Source of the DNA: Octopus vulgaris
Taxonomy: Eukaryota
Assembly: GCA_951406725.2 (NCBI GenBank)
Contig: OX597821.1
Coordinates: 116,498,001-116,562,000, forward strand
Length of the DNA stretch: 64,000 bases
Reading direction: 5' to 3'
Each line of letters begins with the position of its first letter. Position 1 is the first letter of the stretch. Shown here piece by piece: positions 1 to 13,945 of this stretch. The notes under the pieces are model-generated. The model searched no databases and was not told where the DNA came from. It saw nothing but the letters and a program-made list of their open reading frames with translations. The position numbers and the translations under genes were made by a program.

Positions 1-132
1 CAGGAGAGAGCAACAACTGGCAATATATGCTAAGCGGAGGAAGAGTATTATCAGACCTGTGATCAAAGCACAAGAACGTCTTGAAAGACTGGGCAAGAAA
101 CGAGCATATAAGTCAGGATCAGAACCCACAAG
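1..132 (+). CDS. MAP3K13: MAP3K13/LZK (DLK/Wallenda family) kinase, internal coding exon just after the leucine zipper; gene starts upstream of the window
   Basis: Frame from nt 2 reads RREQQLAIYAKRRKSIIRPVIKAQERLERLGKKRAYKSGSEPT, resembling the LZK post-zipper segment (KREQAVEKK..KRHPVRPII..MEKLMKRKG..KSG). Donor AG|GTAATT at 132/133 is phase 2 and matches the next acceptor. The CAG at 1-3 may be this exon's acceptor. Confidence 0.8.
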
Positions 133-657
133 GTAATTCAGCATGCATCCTAATATTGATTCTCAAACAGTTTCTATAGACATTTCTTTACCTATCTCTC
201 TTACCTTTTTGTTATTCTTTCACTTTGAGATCTCTTTTCTTTGTGCATGAATGATGAATTGACAGATAAATTAAGGAAATTACAAAGTATTAAAGAAAAA
301 TACAAACCGATCAGTTATTCCAGAGCAAACTCTAAAAGGAATTATTCTAGCTTTCAATGTGTTGGGAATGGGAGTTTAATCCTAATTCATTGATGGGATT
401 ATAAAAGATTTTACTTAAATAATAGATCTGAGCTTGTACAATTCCTTTAATGTTGGTGTTCAGCATGCTATAAACTATATTATGAATTCACTGTATCCTA
501 ATTGTCTTAGATTGCCTTTGCAAATATTATTTAAAACAAAGTTCTATATCCAATATTTTCAACAACAGTAAACAAATTAATCAGTTGAAAAAAATCAATA
601 TCTTAAAAGAACCATATTCATTTCCTTGTCTTCTCATGTATACATATATGTGTGTGT

Positions 658-1040
658 GGAGGTGCAATGGCCCAGTGGTTAGGGCAGCGGACTCGCGGTT
701 GTAGGATCACGGTTTCGATTCCCAGACTGGGTGTTGTGAGTGTTTATTGAGTGAAAACACCTAAAGCTTCTCAAGGCTCTGGCTGGGTGGGTGGTGGCAA
801 AGCCTGCTGTACTCTTTCACCACAACTTTCTCTTACTCTTTCTTCCTGTTTCTGTTGTACCTGTATTTCAAAGGGCCAGTTTTGTCACACTCTGTATCAC
901 GCTGAATCTCCCCGAAAACTATGTTAAGGGTACACGTGTCTGTGGAGTGCTCAGCCACTTGCATGTTAATTTCACGAGCAGGCTGTTCCGTTGATTGGAT
1001 CAACTGGAACCCTCATTGTCATAACCAACGGAGAACCACT
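658..1040 (+). mobile_element. tRNA-derived SINE (family A), near full length
   Basis: A box TGGCCCAGTGG and B box GGTTTCGATTCC, followed by a (TATG)n tail. A related degraded copy lies at about 7435-7745 on the - strand. Confidence 0.8.
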
Positions 1041-1290
1041 ATGTATGTATGTATGTATGTATGTATGTATGTATGTATGTATGTATGTATGTATGTATGT
1101 ATGTATGTATGTATGTATGTATGTATGTATGTATGTATGTATGTATGTATGTATGTATGTATGTATGTATGTATGTATGTATGTATGTATGTATGTATGT
1201 ATGTATGTATGCATGCATGCATGCATGCATGCATGCATGCATGCATGTATATATGTATGCCTGCCTGCATATATGCATGAATGAATGCAT
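1041..1290. repeat. (TATG)n/(CATG)n microsatellite
   Basis: Direct reading. Confidence 0.97.
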
Positions 1291-2152
1291 GTATGTATGT
1301 GTGTATGTATATAACTATATATGTATGTATGTTTTTGTGTATCTATGTATGTTTGAATGAATGTATGTTTTAGGCCTGTCACATGGAAGTTCCATCTTTT
1401 CCCTTACCAACCTTGACTTTTTATACTACCAAATAATCAAACTCTATTTCTATAAATAATCAAACTCGCTTTCTCTAAATGCATAAATTCTCTGTTTTTA
1501 CATTATCATTATTTGTCAATACTTCAGCAGTAACTGCTGTGACTGCCCCAAGAATGGACTGTTTTGTTCCTATGTACACTCTACCATTCCAACCATGTCC
1601 CTTATTTTGACATCAAATATAAAGAATTCTGCTGATGCTAACTAAATTTACTATCATCAGATTCTTTGAAATCATCTTCATTTTTTGTTTGTCTATAAAT
1701 ACTCCTGATCATATCTAACTTTCACGTCATGCGTTAAGGACAAAAGCAAATGGTTTTTATTCTTTCAATATTTATGTGAAGATGTCATTGTCCCCTAATT
1801 CGTTTCCACATTCCCCCACTTCTCACACAGTCCTTCACCAATGCAGGATCAAAATTATTTGTTACTAGCTTAAAAGCCCCCATCGGGCAGCTTTTGAGCT
1901 AGCTCCTGTGGAGGGCTCTTCATTGAGCCTTGAGCCCAATTATGACACTTCATGCACTGAGTGCATATTTAATTTTATTAAACTTGACCAATATTTTTCA
2001 AGCAATGAACAATTTTCTTCAAAACCATGATATAATATGTCAACTTGAAACTTACTGCAAAGTTTCATGATAAACATTTTTTGTCTTACCATTCGGGGTT
2101 GGGGGTGGGTTTCAGGACAATTTTTTTTCTGTCTAACCTCTCTCTCTCTCTC

Positions 2153-2195
<43 letters not shown>

Positions 2196-2819
2196 TGATT
2201 ATTTTCAAGCATTGCCATCACCAGTACAACCACCATCAACACCACAACTGCCATACACACACCATTCAGACTTCTGATACCACCACCATCAACACTTTTG
2301 ACTTCACTGCCTTCCCTTCCAACACCATCACCACTGTCTTTCACATCCCTTACTATCACCACCACCACCACCATCATCACTGTCGCCTCTGCCTCTATCA
2401 CAACTACAGCTCATACTATTACTATCACCCCATTACTATCTCAACTATCAATCTACTACTGTCCTCGCTGTCTCTATGCCTACTATTACTCTCACCCCAG
2501 CAAAAGGAGTAGAAGAAGTGTCATTGAATAGTGAGAGGTGGAGTCAAAGTGTGACACACTGACACACAGAAATTCGTTTTGCCATTTATTATTATAGATT
2601 TACAATGACTTACACTACATCAACTTTTTTTCTCTTATTTGCATATATGTTAGCCTGTATGACATTCCCTACATGTGAACTATTCCTTATTTCTCAACTT
2701 GAACACTATCTTTACCTACCATCGTATGTCTCCATCATTCTTTCTATTCACAACCTTATTACCACCAACCACACCACAACTCAACAGCTCGAATGTTATA
2801 ATCATTAAAAGGATGACAG

Positions 2820-4480
2820 TTTGTTCAGACCTTTATGTTTCATGAACAAATTGATCTTGGCAACAACCATTTGTTACACCTGAAGCTACCAAAATCACTT
2901 TTGGTATGTTCACTTCACCCCCATGTGTTCTGCATATATTAAAAACAACCAGTCATAGTTGCTTCGTTTATTAATCATTTTTGTTAGTTACTTTTGGATA
3001 ATTTATATTTCATCATTAAGAGAAGGTAAGGCAGTCTGCTAACAAAATCATTAGTAGACTGTGGGAAATGCTTAGTGGCCTTTCTTCCAGTTCTTTACAT
3101 TCTGAGTGCCAATTCCACTGAGGTTGACTTTGCCTTTCATTTTTTCAAGGCCAATAAAATAAAGTACCAGTTTAACAGTTATTGACTATTCTCCTTCTTC
3201 TAAAATTTGAAACAGTTATAATGAGAATTTAAAAAGAGAAGCATCTTAGTTTTAATCCACATGTGTAACTTCAAAAGATTTGCCACTGACTATTTGCTCT
3301 TTATGAAATTTAAGCTAACTTACAGTAAGATTTCTGCACCAAAATCTTCCATTTCACACTTTCTTTTCATAGTTATTTTAATCAACACCATTGTTAGTGA
3401 ATACAATAGCTACTCTGTATTGAATTCTCTTTTTCATTTTATGATATTCCTTGCTCTTTTACCATTTCTACACCAATCACTTTGTAACACTCTTTTTACT
3501 ACAGTATTGGTAAAATTTTAACTGTGACTCTTGACTTCATCTCTGATTATTGTTTGTAAATTAGTATGAATTCAAGATCCTAAAAATATTAAGGCTTTAG
3601 ACTCTTTAGTAACTCTTGCTTCATATTTTGGAAGAATTCGCATAGACATAGATTCATTATAAATGTGTTTAAGCAAAGATTCATAAAACGGTGTCTGAAT
3701 GCATATGTTGTTGAACATGTCATTCTGATCCTAATTTTTTGTAATCTTTCTTTAATTTTATTCCTTATTTTATCATGGAATCTGTGTAGATAATGTGCAA
3801 TATTTTGATGACACTGAGATTTCAAGTTCACATCACATAGTTTTGTTGTCTGTCTAGCAAACCTAAACAAGTACCAAATTTGGTACTATCTTCATTGAGT
3901 TAGCACTGAGGAAGTGATTGATCGTTCATTGAGCATTATGATTCAAGAGTATCAGAGGTTATAACTGAAGATTTTACCATTGTAAAGCTTCATTTATCAA
4001 ACTGAAAGCATGTTCGTCATTTGACGAACCAGGTTCATTATCTAGATGTTAACCTTTCTTATTTTTCTCTGGTTAATTTTGAAAATGTTATAAACCATAA
4101 TGTATTGTATTCTGATATCACAAAAGATCAGAATTTTGATAGACAGGCACTACACACAGATAGAAACTGAAATCCAAAAGGATGTATGGAAAATTGCTTA
4201 TGTGTGTCCAAAGCAAATGAAAGATCCATCAGCCGCACTGTTTCAAGTCAGCCTCTGACCTGTCGTCTGTCACCTGTCAAATATATTGAACCTTCAAATG
4301 CTTGACTGCATCTGTTCTCCATTTTCATTGATAATCTTCTCAGAATTGTAAAAATGAGTTGTATCAGTATCCTAATAGCTGATGCTATTTGCACTAATAA
4401 AATCAACCAGTGAAAAGGACCCTACAGCAGCCATTATAGAGAACTTGTTAGAATGAAAGTCTGAGTGGATGACTGAAAGA
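2820..4480 (-). mobile_element. Probable highly degraded Penelope-like RT fragment, interrupted by a SINE at about 3028-3210
   Basis: Broken minus-strand peptides such as FKINQRKIRKVNI*IMNLVRQ and HFLSANS..RQTTKLCD loosely resemble the PLE RT palm/thumb region. Many stops and frameshifts. Confidence 0.3.
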
Positions 4481-5872
4481 TATTTGGATAGCAAAGTGCA
4501 AATAATGATTTATGAAAAAACAAATTCTGAGTGTTACCATAGACAGCAATCTTACCCTACCCCATCTCCACCTTATGTAACAGAGCTTACACAGAGGCTT
4601 TGGGTAACAACACAAAATTGCAAACAAGCTGGACTTGAAGGAAGCGTCATTGACTATAGACTGCAGACCTGGTGCGTCATAGGTGAATGGGTGAATATGT
4701 TACCATATATTCAGCCATCAATCCAAAAGAAAACTGCTGATGAAAATCTTTCCATTAACAGCTTAAAACATGGGAAACAAATAGTGGCTGCAATAGTATC
4801 CCTCAAAATGCCTATAACTTACAAGCCATTAAAATCAGAGCTATGCTGCTATCACTGTTTGGCAGAAGGACTGGCATTCCTTTGATACCTAGTTCTTCTC
4901 TCATTTCATTTATACTCTGCTATTCATGCACACTACCATTACATATCTGACAGAGCACACTTGCTGCATTTCTTTCCAGCCTTGCCATGTTCTCTGCATA
5001 AATTTGTCATCTTAATTTTGCCAATATTCCAATTACTAGAAAAATTAATTAATTAATTAATTAAGAAAATAATATCAAAAGTACTTTATATTGGTTGAAC
5101 TCCTTGATTTCTGCTCTCATGTCACCCAAAAAAAAAAAACAAGTCATTTAATGTATAAACTATACAAATATTTTGGTGTCTAAGCTAATCTTTCTTCTGG
5201 ACAGCATTTGCATAATTCATTGTCTTAGATTTTCATAAATATCAATTGTTATAAATCATTATTAATTAATTAATTAATTAAATTATATTAAAACTAATAT
5301 CTTAGCTGAACTTGGTTTTTATCCACATGTTGTTGAAAAACAAATAATTCATATGAATACACATATGTATGTGTGTGTGTGTGAATATGTGTTTATGTGT
5401 GCATGTGTGTGTGTATAATAATAATAATAGAAAATAAAAAGGCGTTTATATTAATTAATATAATTCTTATTTGTGCCTAATATTTCTGTGAATTTACTTG
5501 TGTGCATATATGTATGTGTGTGTGTGTGTATACGTATGTGTGTGTATATGTCAATGTATTCATACACACATAGATATGCTTATATCCACACATGCATATT
5601 ATATGAATGTATGTTGGAAGATTTTGACCTGTCTCTATACATTTACATATGCTGGTTCTGTCTATACTATCTTTTGGTGCTTCTGTTTTAATCTAACAAG
5701 CTTCTGCTTTAAAGATGGTTCCAAGGCTTCATCTACCTCTTCTCATAATTTTACTGAGATGTTCACAACATTGAATATTCAAATAAACATGAAAAGATAT
5801 TTTCAATTATTTTTAATCAGCTTTTGTATTTTATTTCTGGTGCAGCTTTTTCTAACCTCTATGAGTGTGGGC

Positions 5873-5919
<47 letters not shown>

Positions 5920-5920
5920 T

Positions 5921-6152
5921 AATATAGGATAAAATTTTTCGAAAAACATTCCATCAATGGCCAGCATATTAAAAAATACCTTTAATGGTTAAATTTATAA
6001 ACAACTTATAAACAAGGGCAAAAGAAAAAATTCTAATGCCAAATACACCAAAAATAGACAAATTATAGTGATAAATTATATGGTTATTGATGATTTGTCT
6101 ATTTTCAGCATATTTGGCATTAGAATTTTTTCTTTTGCCCTTGTTTATAAGT

Positions 6153-6155
<3 letters not shown>
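5921..6155. repeat. Leader + fold-back inverted repeat element inside (TA)n
   Basis: Arms 6001-6064 and 6093-6155 are reverse complements (ACAACTTATAAACAAGGGCAAAAG.. / ..CTTTTGCCCTTGTTTATAAGTTGT). Flanked on both sides by (TA)n. Confidence 0.9.
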
Positions 6156-6195
<40 letters not shown>

Positions 6196-7019
6196 CAGGA
6201 GTTACTTTTTTTTTTTAGCCTTTCATTATTGCATAAAAGATGCATCTTTCTTCCACTTGCATTTCTTCACCAATAGAATTACAATTCAATATGAAGATTG
6301 TCGTTTTAGTGAACTTAATTGATAATTTGGTTCTGTTCTTTCATGCCTTTAGCTTACAACATTACTGAGCACTAAACACATTAAGGGTTGTTTTCACATT
6401 TATTTTGTAATCATTACAAGTTTCTTCATTGAAATAATCTTCCCTTCTTTGTCAAATACTGGCATTAAAACAACTTTTCATGGTCTGATGCATTATACTT
6501 ATTTGTTTTATATTTTATTGAATATTGACATCAATTTGCTATAAAACTGGTGTAGTATATTGTATTCTTTGTGTCAATGTTGGATTAAATTCAAATGCAA
6601 CTTAAAAGAGCTCTGTCCAGATTCAAAATTTCCTTTTCGTTTTTTTAAACTTGTATTACTTTCCCCTGTTTTTGAAGTATTCCTTTTATGATTATTTATA
6701 ATAGTTACTTCCTAACTATTCACTGACTCTAAAACTGATATTTTTACAAAATCTCAAATGGTTTTATGAAAAATATTAAAAATAATTCAGAATTCATTAT
6801 ATTTATTTAGATCACATAGTAAAACATAACATTTATAGAGATAAAAGACAAGGGTTTTTTTTTCTTTTATCTTTAGCTCATGTTCTGGGTGAATTCATTA
6901 TTGAATTTCTGCTATCAAGTATTTTCATGACCTGAGAAATGATATTTATTTAACCCTTTCGTTAAATAAACACTATCAAAAAATACCCTTTGCTTGTTTC
7001 AATTAATCTGTTTGTGTAT

Positions 7020-7245
7020 AGGCTTGGCAGTGTGGTTAAGTTGTTTGCTTCCCAGTCACATGGTTTCAGGTTCAATCTCACTGCATTGTATTAATGCAGG
7101 CATGGCTGTGTGGTTAGGAAGCTTACTTCCTAACCATGTGGTCTCTGGTTCAGTTCTAATGTGCAGTATGTTGGGCAAGTGTCTTCAACTATAACCCCAG
7201 ACTGACAAAAGTCTTGTAAGTGGATTTGGGAGACGGAAGCTGAGA
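7020..7245 (+). mobile_element. SINE family B, 5' portion with duplicated head
   Basis: TGGCTGTGTGGTT..GGTTCAGT..TTGGGCAAGTGTCTTC..GTGGATTTGG, shared with copies at 18468, 44301 and 47493. Confidence 0.7.
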
Positions 7246-7434
7246 GCTAAACTTGTGGCTGACTTCACTTGAAATTATTTCACAGCTTTTATGCAGAAAC
7301 TACACTCCATCTATTTCGAGGTGGATAGGGAAATGGACTTCAGATAAATATGGACTCCTCCCAAAAATGATTCAAAGCTAACTGGTAGTCTCCCTAAATA
7401 GCATGTTTCTGGTTTGACACATGGTCTGGTTCTC

Positions 7435-7745
7435 TGTCAGTTACAATGACAAATCTCTCTGTTGATCCGATCAATGGAAGAACCTGCTTTTACAATTAAC
7501 TTGCAAGTGGCTGAGCACTCCACAGATATGCATACCCTTAATATAGATCTTAGAGAGATTCCATGTGAAGTGGTGTGTGACAAGGTTAGCTCTTTGAATT
7601 GTAGGTACAACTCATTTTTGCCTGGTGAGGGGACTGGGATAGCAAGACATAAAGTGCTCAAGGACACAATGACTGCTGGGAATTGAATCCATGGCCTTAC
7701 AACAGTGAGCCAAATATTCAGGTCACTAAGACACATAACCCTAAA
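7435..7745 (-). mobile_element. Degraded SINE family A copy
   Basis: Reverse complement of GTGGAGTGCTCAGCCACTTGCA..TTAAT and adjacent sequence from 658-1040. Confidence 0.7.
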
Positions 7746-7934
7746 AAAAAGGCATACATATTTGTACTGCAAAGAGTGTTCCATTGCCATCCAAATTCCC
7801 TGAGCAATATTCTGTCATTTATGCTGTTATATTCTTTCATACCAATTTTTACATAGCTTCATTTTAATTGCTTTGTTCTCCTTGGAAAGTTTTAATGAGG
7901 ATCACTATCTCCCACTTCCTTTTATGTTTGCTTC

Positions 7935-8415
7935 CATGGCTGTGTGGTCAAGAATTTTGCTTCCTAACCACATGGTTACAAGTTCAATTCCACTGCATGG
8001 CACTTTGAGCTGGAGTCTTCTTTCTTAGCTCTGGGATAACTAAAGCTTTGTGGCTAGATTGGTGGATGGAAACTGAAAGAACCCATCATATATGTATATC
8101 TTTGTTGTGTGTGTGTGTGTGTGTGTGAATGTGTGTACATTTGTGTCTCCATGTCTTTACTTTGCATAGTTTTTGTAAATGAGTGTCACTGTCGTACAAG
8201 CAGTGTCATTCACTTGCAAGAGGCTGTGAAAACTTCTGGCCATGGGAAAATGTTACCTTACTTGAAAACAGATAAGGGTTGGTGACAGAAAGGGTATCTG
8301 GCCATTAGAAACTCTGCCCAACAAATTCCATCTGACCCATGCAAACATGGAAAAGTGGACCTTATACGATGAGGGTGATGATGATAATGATTATGATGAT
8401 GAAGATGATGATGAT
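7935..8415 (+). mobile_element. SINE with family B head and RTE-like (GAT)n tail
   Basis: Head TGGCTGTGTGGT..GTTCAATTCC, internal (TG)n, 3' end ACCCATGCAAACATGGAAAAGTGGAC..GATGATG. Confidence 0.65.
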
Positions 8416-9805
8416 TAATTATATTCAAGATGTTTCAAGTCACATTTGTTTTCACAAAAGGCATTCAAAACTTTCAACTCGTTCTAAAGGAATTTTAACC
8501 TTATTTATCACACAGTTATGTAGATTAAAAGAAAATATTTCATATCAGGAACAAGTTTGAGATACAATTTGGCATTAATTCCAGTGTGTCAAGACTTCTG
8601 GCAATCTTTGATGGCAGGTAGCTTTGAATAATCATTAATAAGCTCCCATTGAATTTCTTAATGATTTCAATTGTAATTACCAAATGCAAAGATTTTGAGA
8701 TTCTCATATAAGTAAATCTTATAAGCCATAGGGTCATTGAACTAAACCATTTATAAAACATTACTAATTATGCTGTTTCTAAAAAGAAAGTTTAAGGCTT
8801 AGTCTTGTGTAAAGGAAGATAAAGGTTTAATATCAGTTGTATGTTACTTTAGCTTTTGATCTGAATGAATGTGAAACTGTTTCATATTTCTATAAAATAT
8901 ATGTATTTCCTTTATATTCATGATTTAAGACCAACAGTATTAAGAATTGCAATTTCTACTTAATTTGTATCTAATTTTGAATTTTTTTTTTTACTTTTAT
9001 TTTTATGTTTTATTGTGAGGCTCTAATGTAGATTCCTTTTGTGTAGTGGTTTAACATGTCAACTCCTTTATATAGACTGAATGGTACCTTCTTTTTTAAA
9101 AATTGGTAATCATTCATATACAAATGATTCTGGGTATATTGGGGGTTGGGATATTATATTATCTAATTCATTGAATAGAGGAAATAAAATGTTAAATGAT
9201 AAATGGAGTTTTAAATTCATTCGTTGAAATCTTAGCTATGTATATCAAAACAACCATCTCAAAATTTAACGTTTCTCAGCCAAAATATTTTAGCTGTTAT
9301 ATTACAGAAACTAGTTAATGATTTGCAAAGTTAGACAAAGATATCTAATTTGTAGAAAATGTAATTTCTAATTAGAAAACTTTCATTTATGTATTCATTT
9401 ATTTCTTCATCTAATTTTACAATTCTAGGTCAGCAAATGCAAGATTTTAACTTTTAGCAACTAATGAAGTATTATCTTAATAGAATCTTTTTTTCTTTGC
9501 TCAGACTTGCAGTAATCCAAGCACAAACTAAACTAACTTTAATTATGTATCTCTCTTTGAGCATGAAATGAGAAATTACCAAAGAGTAATAGATTTCAAG
9601 TGCAGATTAGATTATGTTAGGGCAAAACTAGTCATATATTGTCATCTCTATTTAAGAAACTATTTCACTTAAAGAGAATAATAAATTAAAGAACTGCCAG
9701 TGTTTGTTCATATTTTATAAACTTTTTGATAAGGACTTTTTAATAATACAAACTTTTCAATCTCCATCTTCTTTTTTATTTTGTTTTTTCCATTAAGTAC
9801 ATTCT

Positions 9806-9861
<56 letters not shown>

Positions 9862-11679
9862 TTTCAATTTTGTTTAATTCAGTAACTATAGATTAATATT
9901 AGCTTCCCCTTTGAATTTTAATCTTGCTCAATTTACCTACATTCACTAATCCAAATGGAAAATATTATGAAGTTTTTTTTCTACACTTCATAAATTTTGA
10001 GCTTAAACAGCAAAAAAAAAAGTCATTGTTGATTTGGAAGAATAAGAGAATCAGCTGAACTAAACCAAGAGTTTGCAGAATGATAGAGTTACCATTTAGC
10101 TATGTTCTCTCTCCCGGGCTGCATCTCTACCTTTGCCACTCACTGTTTCATAATATGAAAGTTTGTTGGCAGACCACTGGTGTTCCCTGATGATGTATAC
10201 TATTTTTGCAATTTTTAGGGCTCCATCATCTCATACCATTCTTATCCCTTCCACCAAGAACACTACGTACAGCACAATTTGAAACTACAGTCAACAAGAA
10301 GCATACAACTGTGGCTGCATTTAATGTACTTCAAGATCAACATCATATATTTCTACTTCTCAACTTTAGCAGAGTATTTTTAGCATCAAAAATTTACAAG
10401 CCTGTTTTTTCAGGAATATTAAATTTATGTAAGTTCCCTTTACCAATTCGCATGGCTTTAAAATGCGTCCTGGTTTGTTAAAACTACTCCCAAATTTATA
10501 TTCATCTTTAAAATTGACAAAGCATCTTTACAAAACATTTTCTAGTTTGCATTTTTGTGTCTTTGGAATAGAATTAACAGCTAATATGTAGGAACCGTGG
10601 CAATTTAAAATTACTAGCATACTAAAGTTGTAGAGTGAGTTTTTTTTTTCAGGAATGTTTTTTTCACATAGTACATATTTTTGAATTTCAAAATGTTTTT
10701 CTTTTAAATTATTCATAATGAAAAAAGGTAGATCTTTTATGCCTGGATTTTTTTTCTTAGAAAACGCCATCTTCATTTTTAGTGTTCTTTAGGAAATTGT
10801 TTTTATGTCAAAATATTGATGTGATTAGTTTTAATCTCACCTAATCTTCAAGTAGAAGAACAGCCCAAAGCAAATGTCTTATAGTTTAAGTAGAAAAATT
10901 CTCAATGTTTTGAAATATATTTTTATATACTCTGTAAACAATTCAACAGCTAAATTTATATATATTAATGATATAATATTTATAGCTATATTTGTATTTT
11001 AGAAATCAAAATTAAGACATCAGTTGGTTTTTCTGGTTGTAGAAATAAAAGCAAACCTAATTTGGAGTATTCTGTGTGGTTTGGTAATATATTTAAAATA
11101 ATAATCTTTAAAAATCACTTTTTACATTCAGAAAAAGATTTATGTTCTCTAAATAGTACACTATTACAAAGGCTTATTGGTTTGACATTTCTGAAACCTC
11201 ACTTATTTTCACTGTCTTCTGTAAAAGAATAATTATTTTTTAACATATTTTCAATATTTGAATTGTGTAAAAGTTTGATTTACAAAATAGCTTAAAAACA
11301 CATCTTTACTTAATGTAAAAAATACTCAAAAAAAGTATGTTTTAAAATAAAATCTTTATTAAATACATATTTTTCTTTAAAAAGTATCAAGTCCATGGAG
11401 AAAAATTTCATTGTTGGAAAGAGTGCCAATTTCAAGTTTCTAGAGTCTTTTAGCTATGTAATATCTTATTAATAAATTAAAATGTATAGGTACACCCCTA
11501 ATAATCTTTGGATTGCCTCAGTCTGTACATACACACACAAAAGTGTCACTTTCCCTTAAAATTTCTAGAATACATTTAGATAGTTACCCCTTGAATTTTT
11601 GTAAAGCTCCAAGAAACTACACTTTTTATCTGTTTGTAGCTTCTTGTTTTGATGTTGGAAACAGTGTTACTATTTTCCT

Positions 11680-12480
11680 GGTAATTTGATGCAGGTGTTA
11701 TCTTGCAAATCACTGCATTGGTTAGTATTGGAAGTATACTCTTGGGGTAGGAGGAGGAGGGGGTAGTTGTAAATGTAAGGACGTAAGTCCTTTGTTCACT
11801 AAGCAAACAAGATGATTGCTTTGGGCACTAAAATCTGGGATCACTGCACAAATTCTGAACAATTTAAATAATATTTCTTAATCCAACTAAAAATACAAAA
11901 TCTCAGTAATCAAGAGAGCTGGAAAAATAACTCCTGGAACAGAGATGCTAGGGTTGATTTGTGTGGTGTTGGGGAAGAAGGGAAGGTCATTTAGCATTAT
12001 GGCCTGTTACATCATCTGGCGAGAAACGTTTAAAATGTTGCTGGTAAACAGATTTGCACAATGATGTACATGATAATAATACAATATGTTTCTTTTGTGG
12101 AAGTTAACTCTGTTTTTAAGTATGTGTAAAGAGGGTGATGATTGGATGAATTTGTAGAAACAATTAAGGAGGGCACAATATATGGCTAGGTGAAGAAGTA
12201 AACGCAGGGCTGGGTGCAGAGGACACAAATTGTAAGGTTGGGAGAAGAGGAAGCAAATTGTAGGAGTTGGGTAGAGAGTGCACATTGTAAGGTTAGAAGG
12301 GGTGAACACTGTAACACTGGAAAAGGGGGTGCGCATATATTGTAGGACTATGATAGGATGCTGAATATCTTGGCAACAGTTCTGATCAATGTTTGAATTT
12401 AATTGAAGAGCTGTGACTAGAAGATAGAGGCTGGAGATAAAAGTGTGCATACACCATTTACTAAAATGAGTAAAGGGACA
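11680..12480 (-). mobile_element. Possible degraded Penelope-like RT/linker fragment
   Basis: Strand-asymmetric purine-rich block with a similar block at about 62340-62740. Only weak peptide resemblance to the PLE thumb region. Confidence 0.22.
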
Positions 12481-12569
12481 CACAGTAAGCCTATTGTCAT
12501 AATCATTGCATGTATATTTTTTGTTAACAGCTCTTATTTAAGTATTTCTTCTTAATAGATTTTTGTATA

Positions 12570-12830
12570 TATGCACTGGTGCCATGTACAAAGCACTTGT
12601 GCTGGTGCCATGTCAAAAACACTTGTGTTGGAGCCACATAAAAAGCACGTGGTAAACTTTGTAAAGTGGTTAGCATTAAGGAAGGGTACCCAGCAATGGA
12701 AATCATGCTAAAACAGACAATTGAAGCCTGGTGCAGATCTCCGGCTGACCAGCTCCTGTCAAACTATCCAAGCCATGCCAACTTGGGAAATGGATTTTTG
12801 ATGATGATGGTGGTGGTGGTGGTGGTGAGT
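12570..12830 (+). mobile_element. SINE family D 3' part (RTE-type tail)
   Basis: GTGGTTAGCATTAAGGAAGGGTACCCAGC..TCCAAGCCATGCC..GATGATG. Confidence 0.7.
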
Positions 12831-13892
12831 GTAAAATACTCTACATAGTGGAACTGAGGCTACTTCCTGAATTTGACACAAGGAAATCTATTGTGATATT
12901 TTCTTCATCAAGTATAATTACACACCTCTTCTTAACTTCTATTTCTGAAGCAATTGTGAGTCCCATAGAGTACACGTTAGCCCTCAGCAAACTGAGTACT
13001 CCTGTTTTGATTACACCTCACTTACATGGTTAATACTTTAGACAAAATCATGAGCATTATTATTTCCAATTCTTCTCAGCTAAAATTTCCGGATTCATGT
13101 CTAATAAAGCAATTATTTTAAATGTACTTCCTAGCTTTATCTTTGTTACCTTCTGTAATAAATAAAAACAATCTTTTTTGCTTAACTATAAATTTCATTA
13201 GAATACCTTTGAAGAGAGACTCCTAGCCTTATAAAAACCTTTCAACTTTTATTCATTCATTAAATATTAAGTGCTTTGCACAGAGTGTAAGCTTTATTGA
13301 TGAAATACAAAGTTGTGAGGCAAGTCATTGATACCGTATCAATTCAATTATTGTACAATCTCCTTCATCTAAAATTATAATATTTCTTTAGATCACTTGC
13401 ATATTTTCCTTACTCATAAATGATTGGTTTTAAAGAAGTTATTTCCAAGTACAGCAATTCACATTGTACTTGATAAGTTTAATCAGTGCAATAATCTTTG
13501 GGTTTAATTATTTTTAATTACTTTAAGTAGTTTTAGATTATGTTAACTATATATGGTATGAATATAAATGATAGTGTGATTTACTTACCAAACAATTATC
13601 AATACTTAGATAGTTTCTGGAAAATAGTTAATTACTTAAAATTCTTTGAAATACCTTTGCCATAATATATTTTATAATATAAAATTATATAATGTATGTG
13701 TGTGTATGTTTATGTATATATATATATATATATATATATAAGTATGTATATGTATGTATGTATATGTATATGCATGTATGTATATATATATGTATATGTA
13801 TATACATCTATATATGTATATATATATATATGTATGTGCATGTGTGTATATATGTACATATGTATATGTATGTACATATATGTGTGTATGTA

Positions 13893-13945
<53 letters not shown>

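Noticed and set aside
658-735. tRNA gene
   Set aside because: A/B boxes continue into a SINE body and tail; no complete cloverleaf or terminator
2540-2598. Possible Helitron 5' end (minus strand TCTATAATAATAAA..TCTGTGTGTC)
   Set aside because: No matching hairpin + CTAG 3' end could be located
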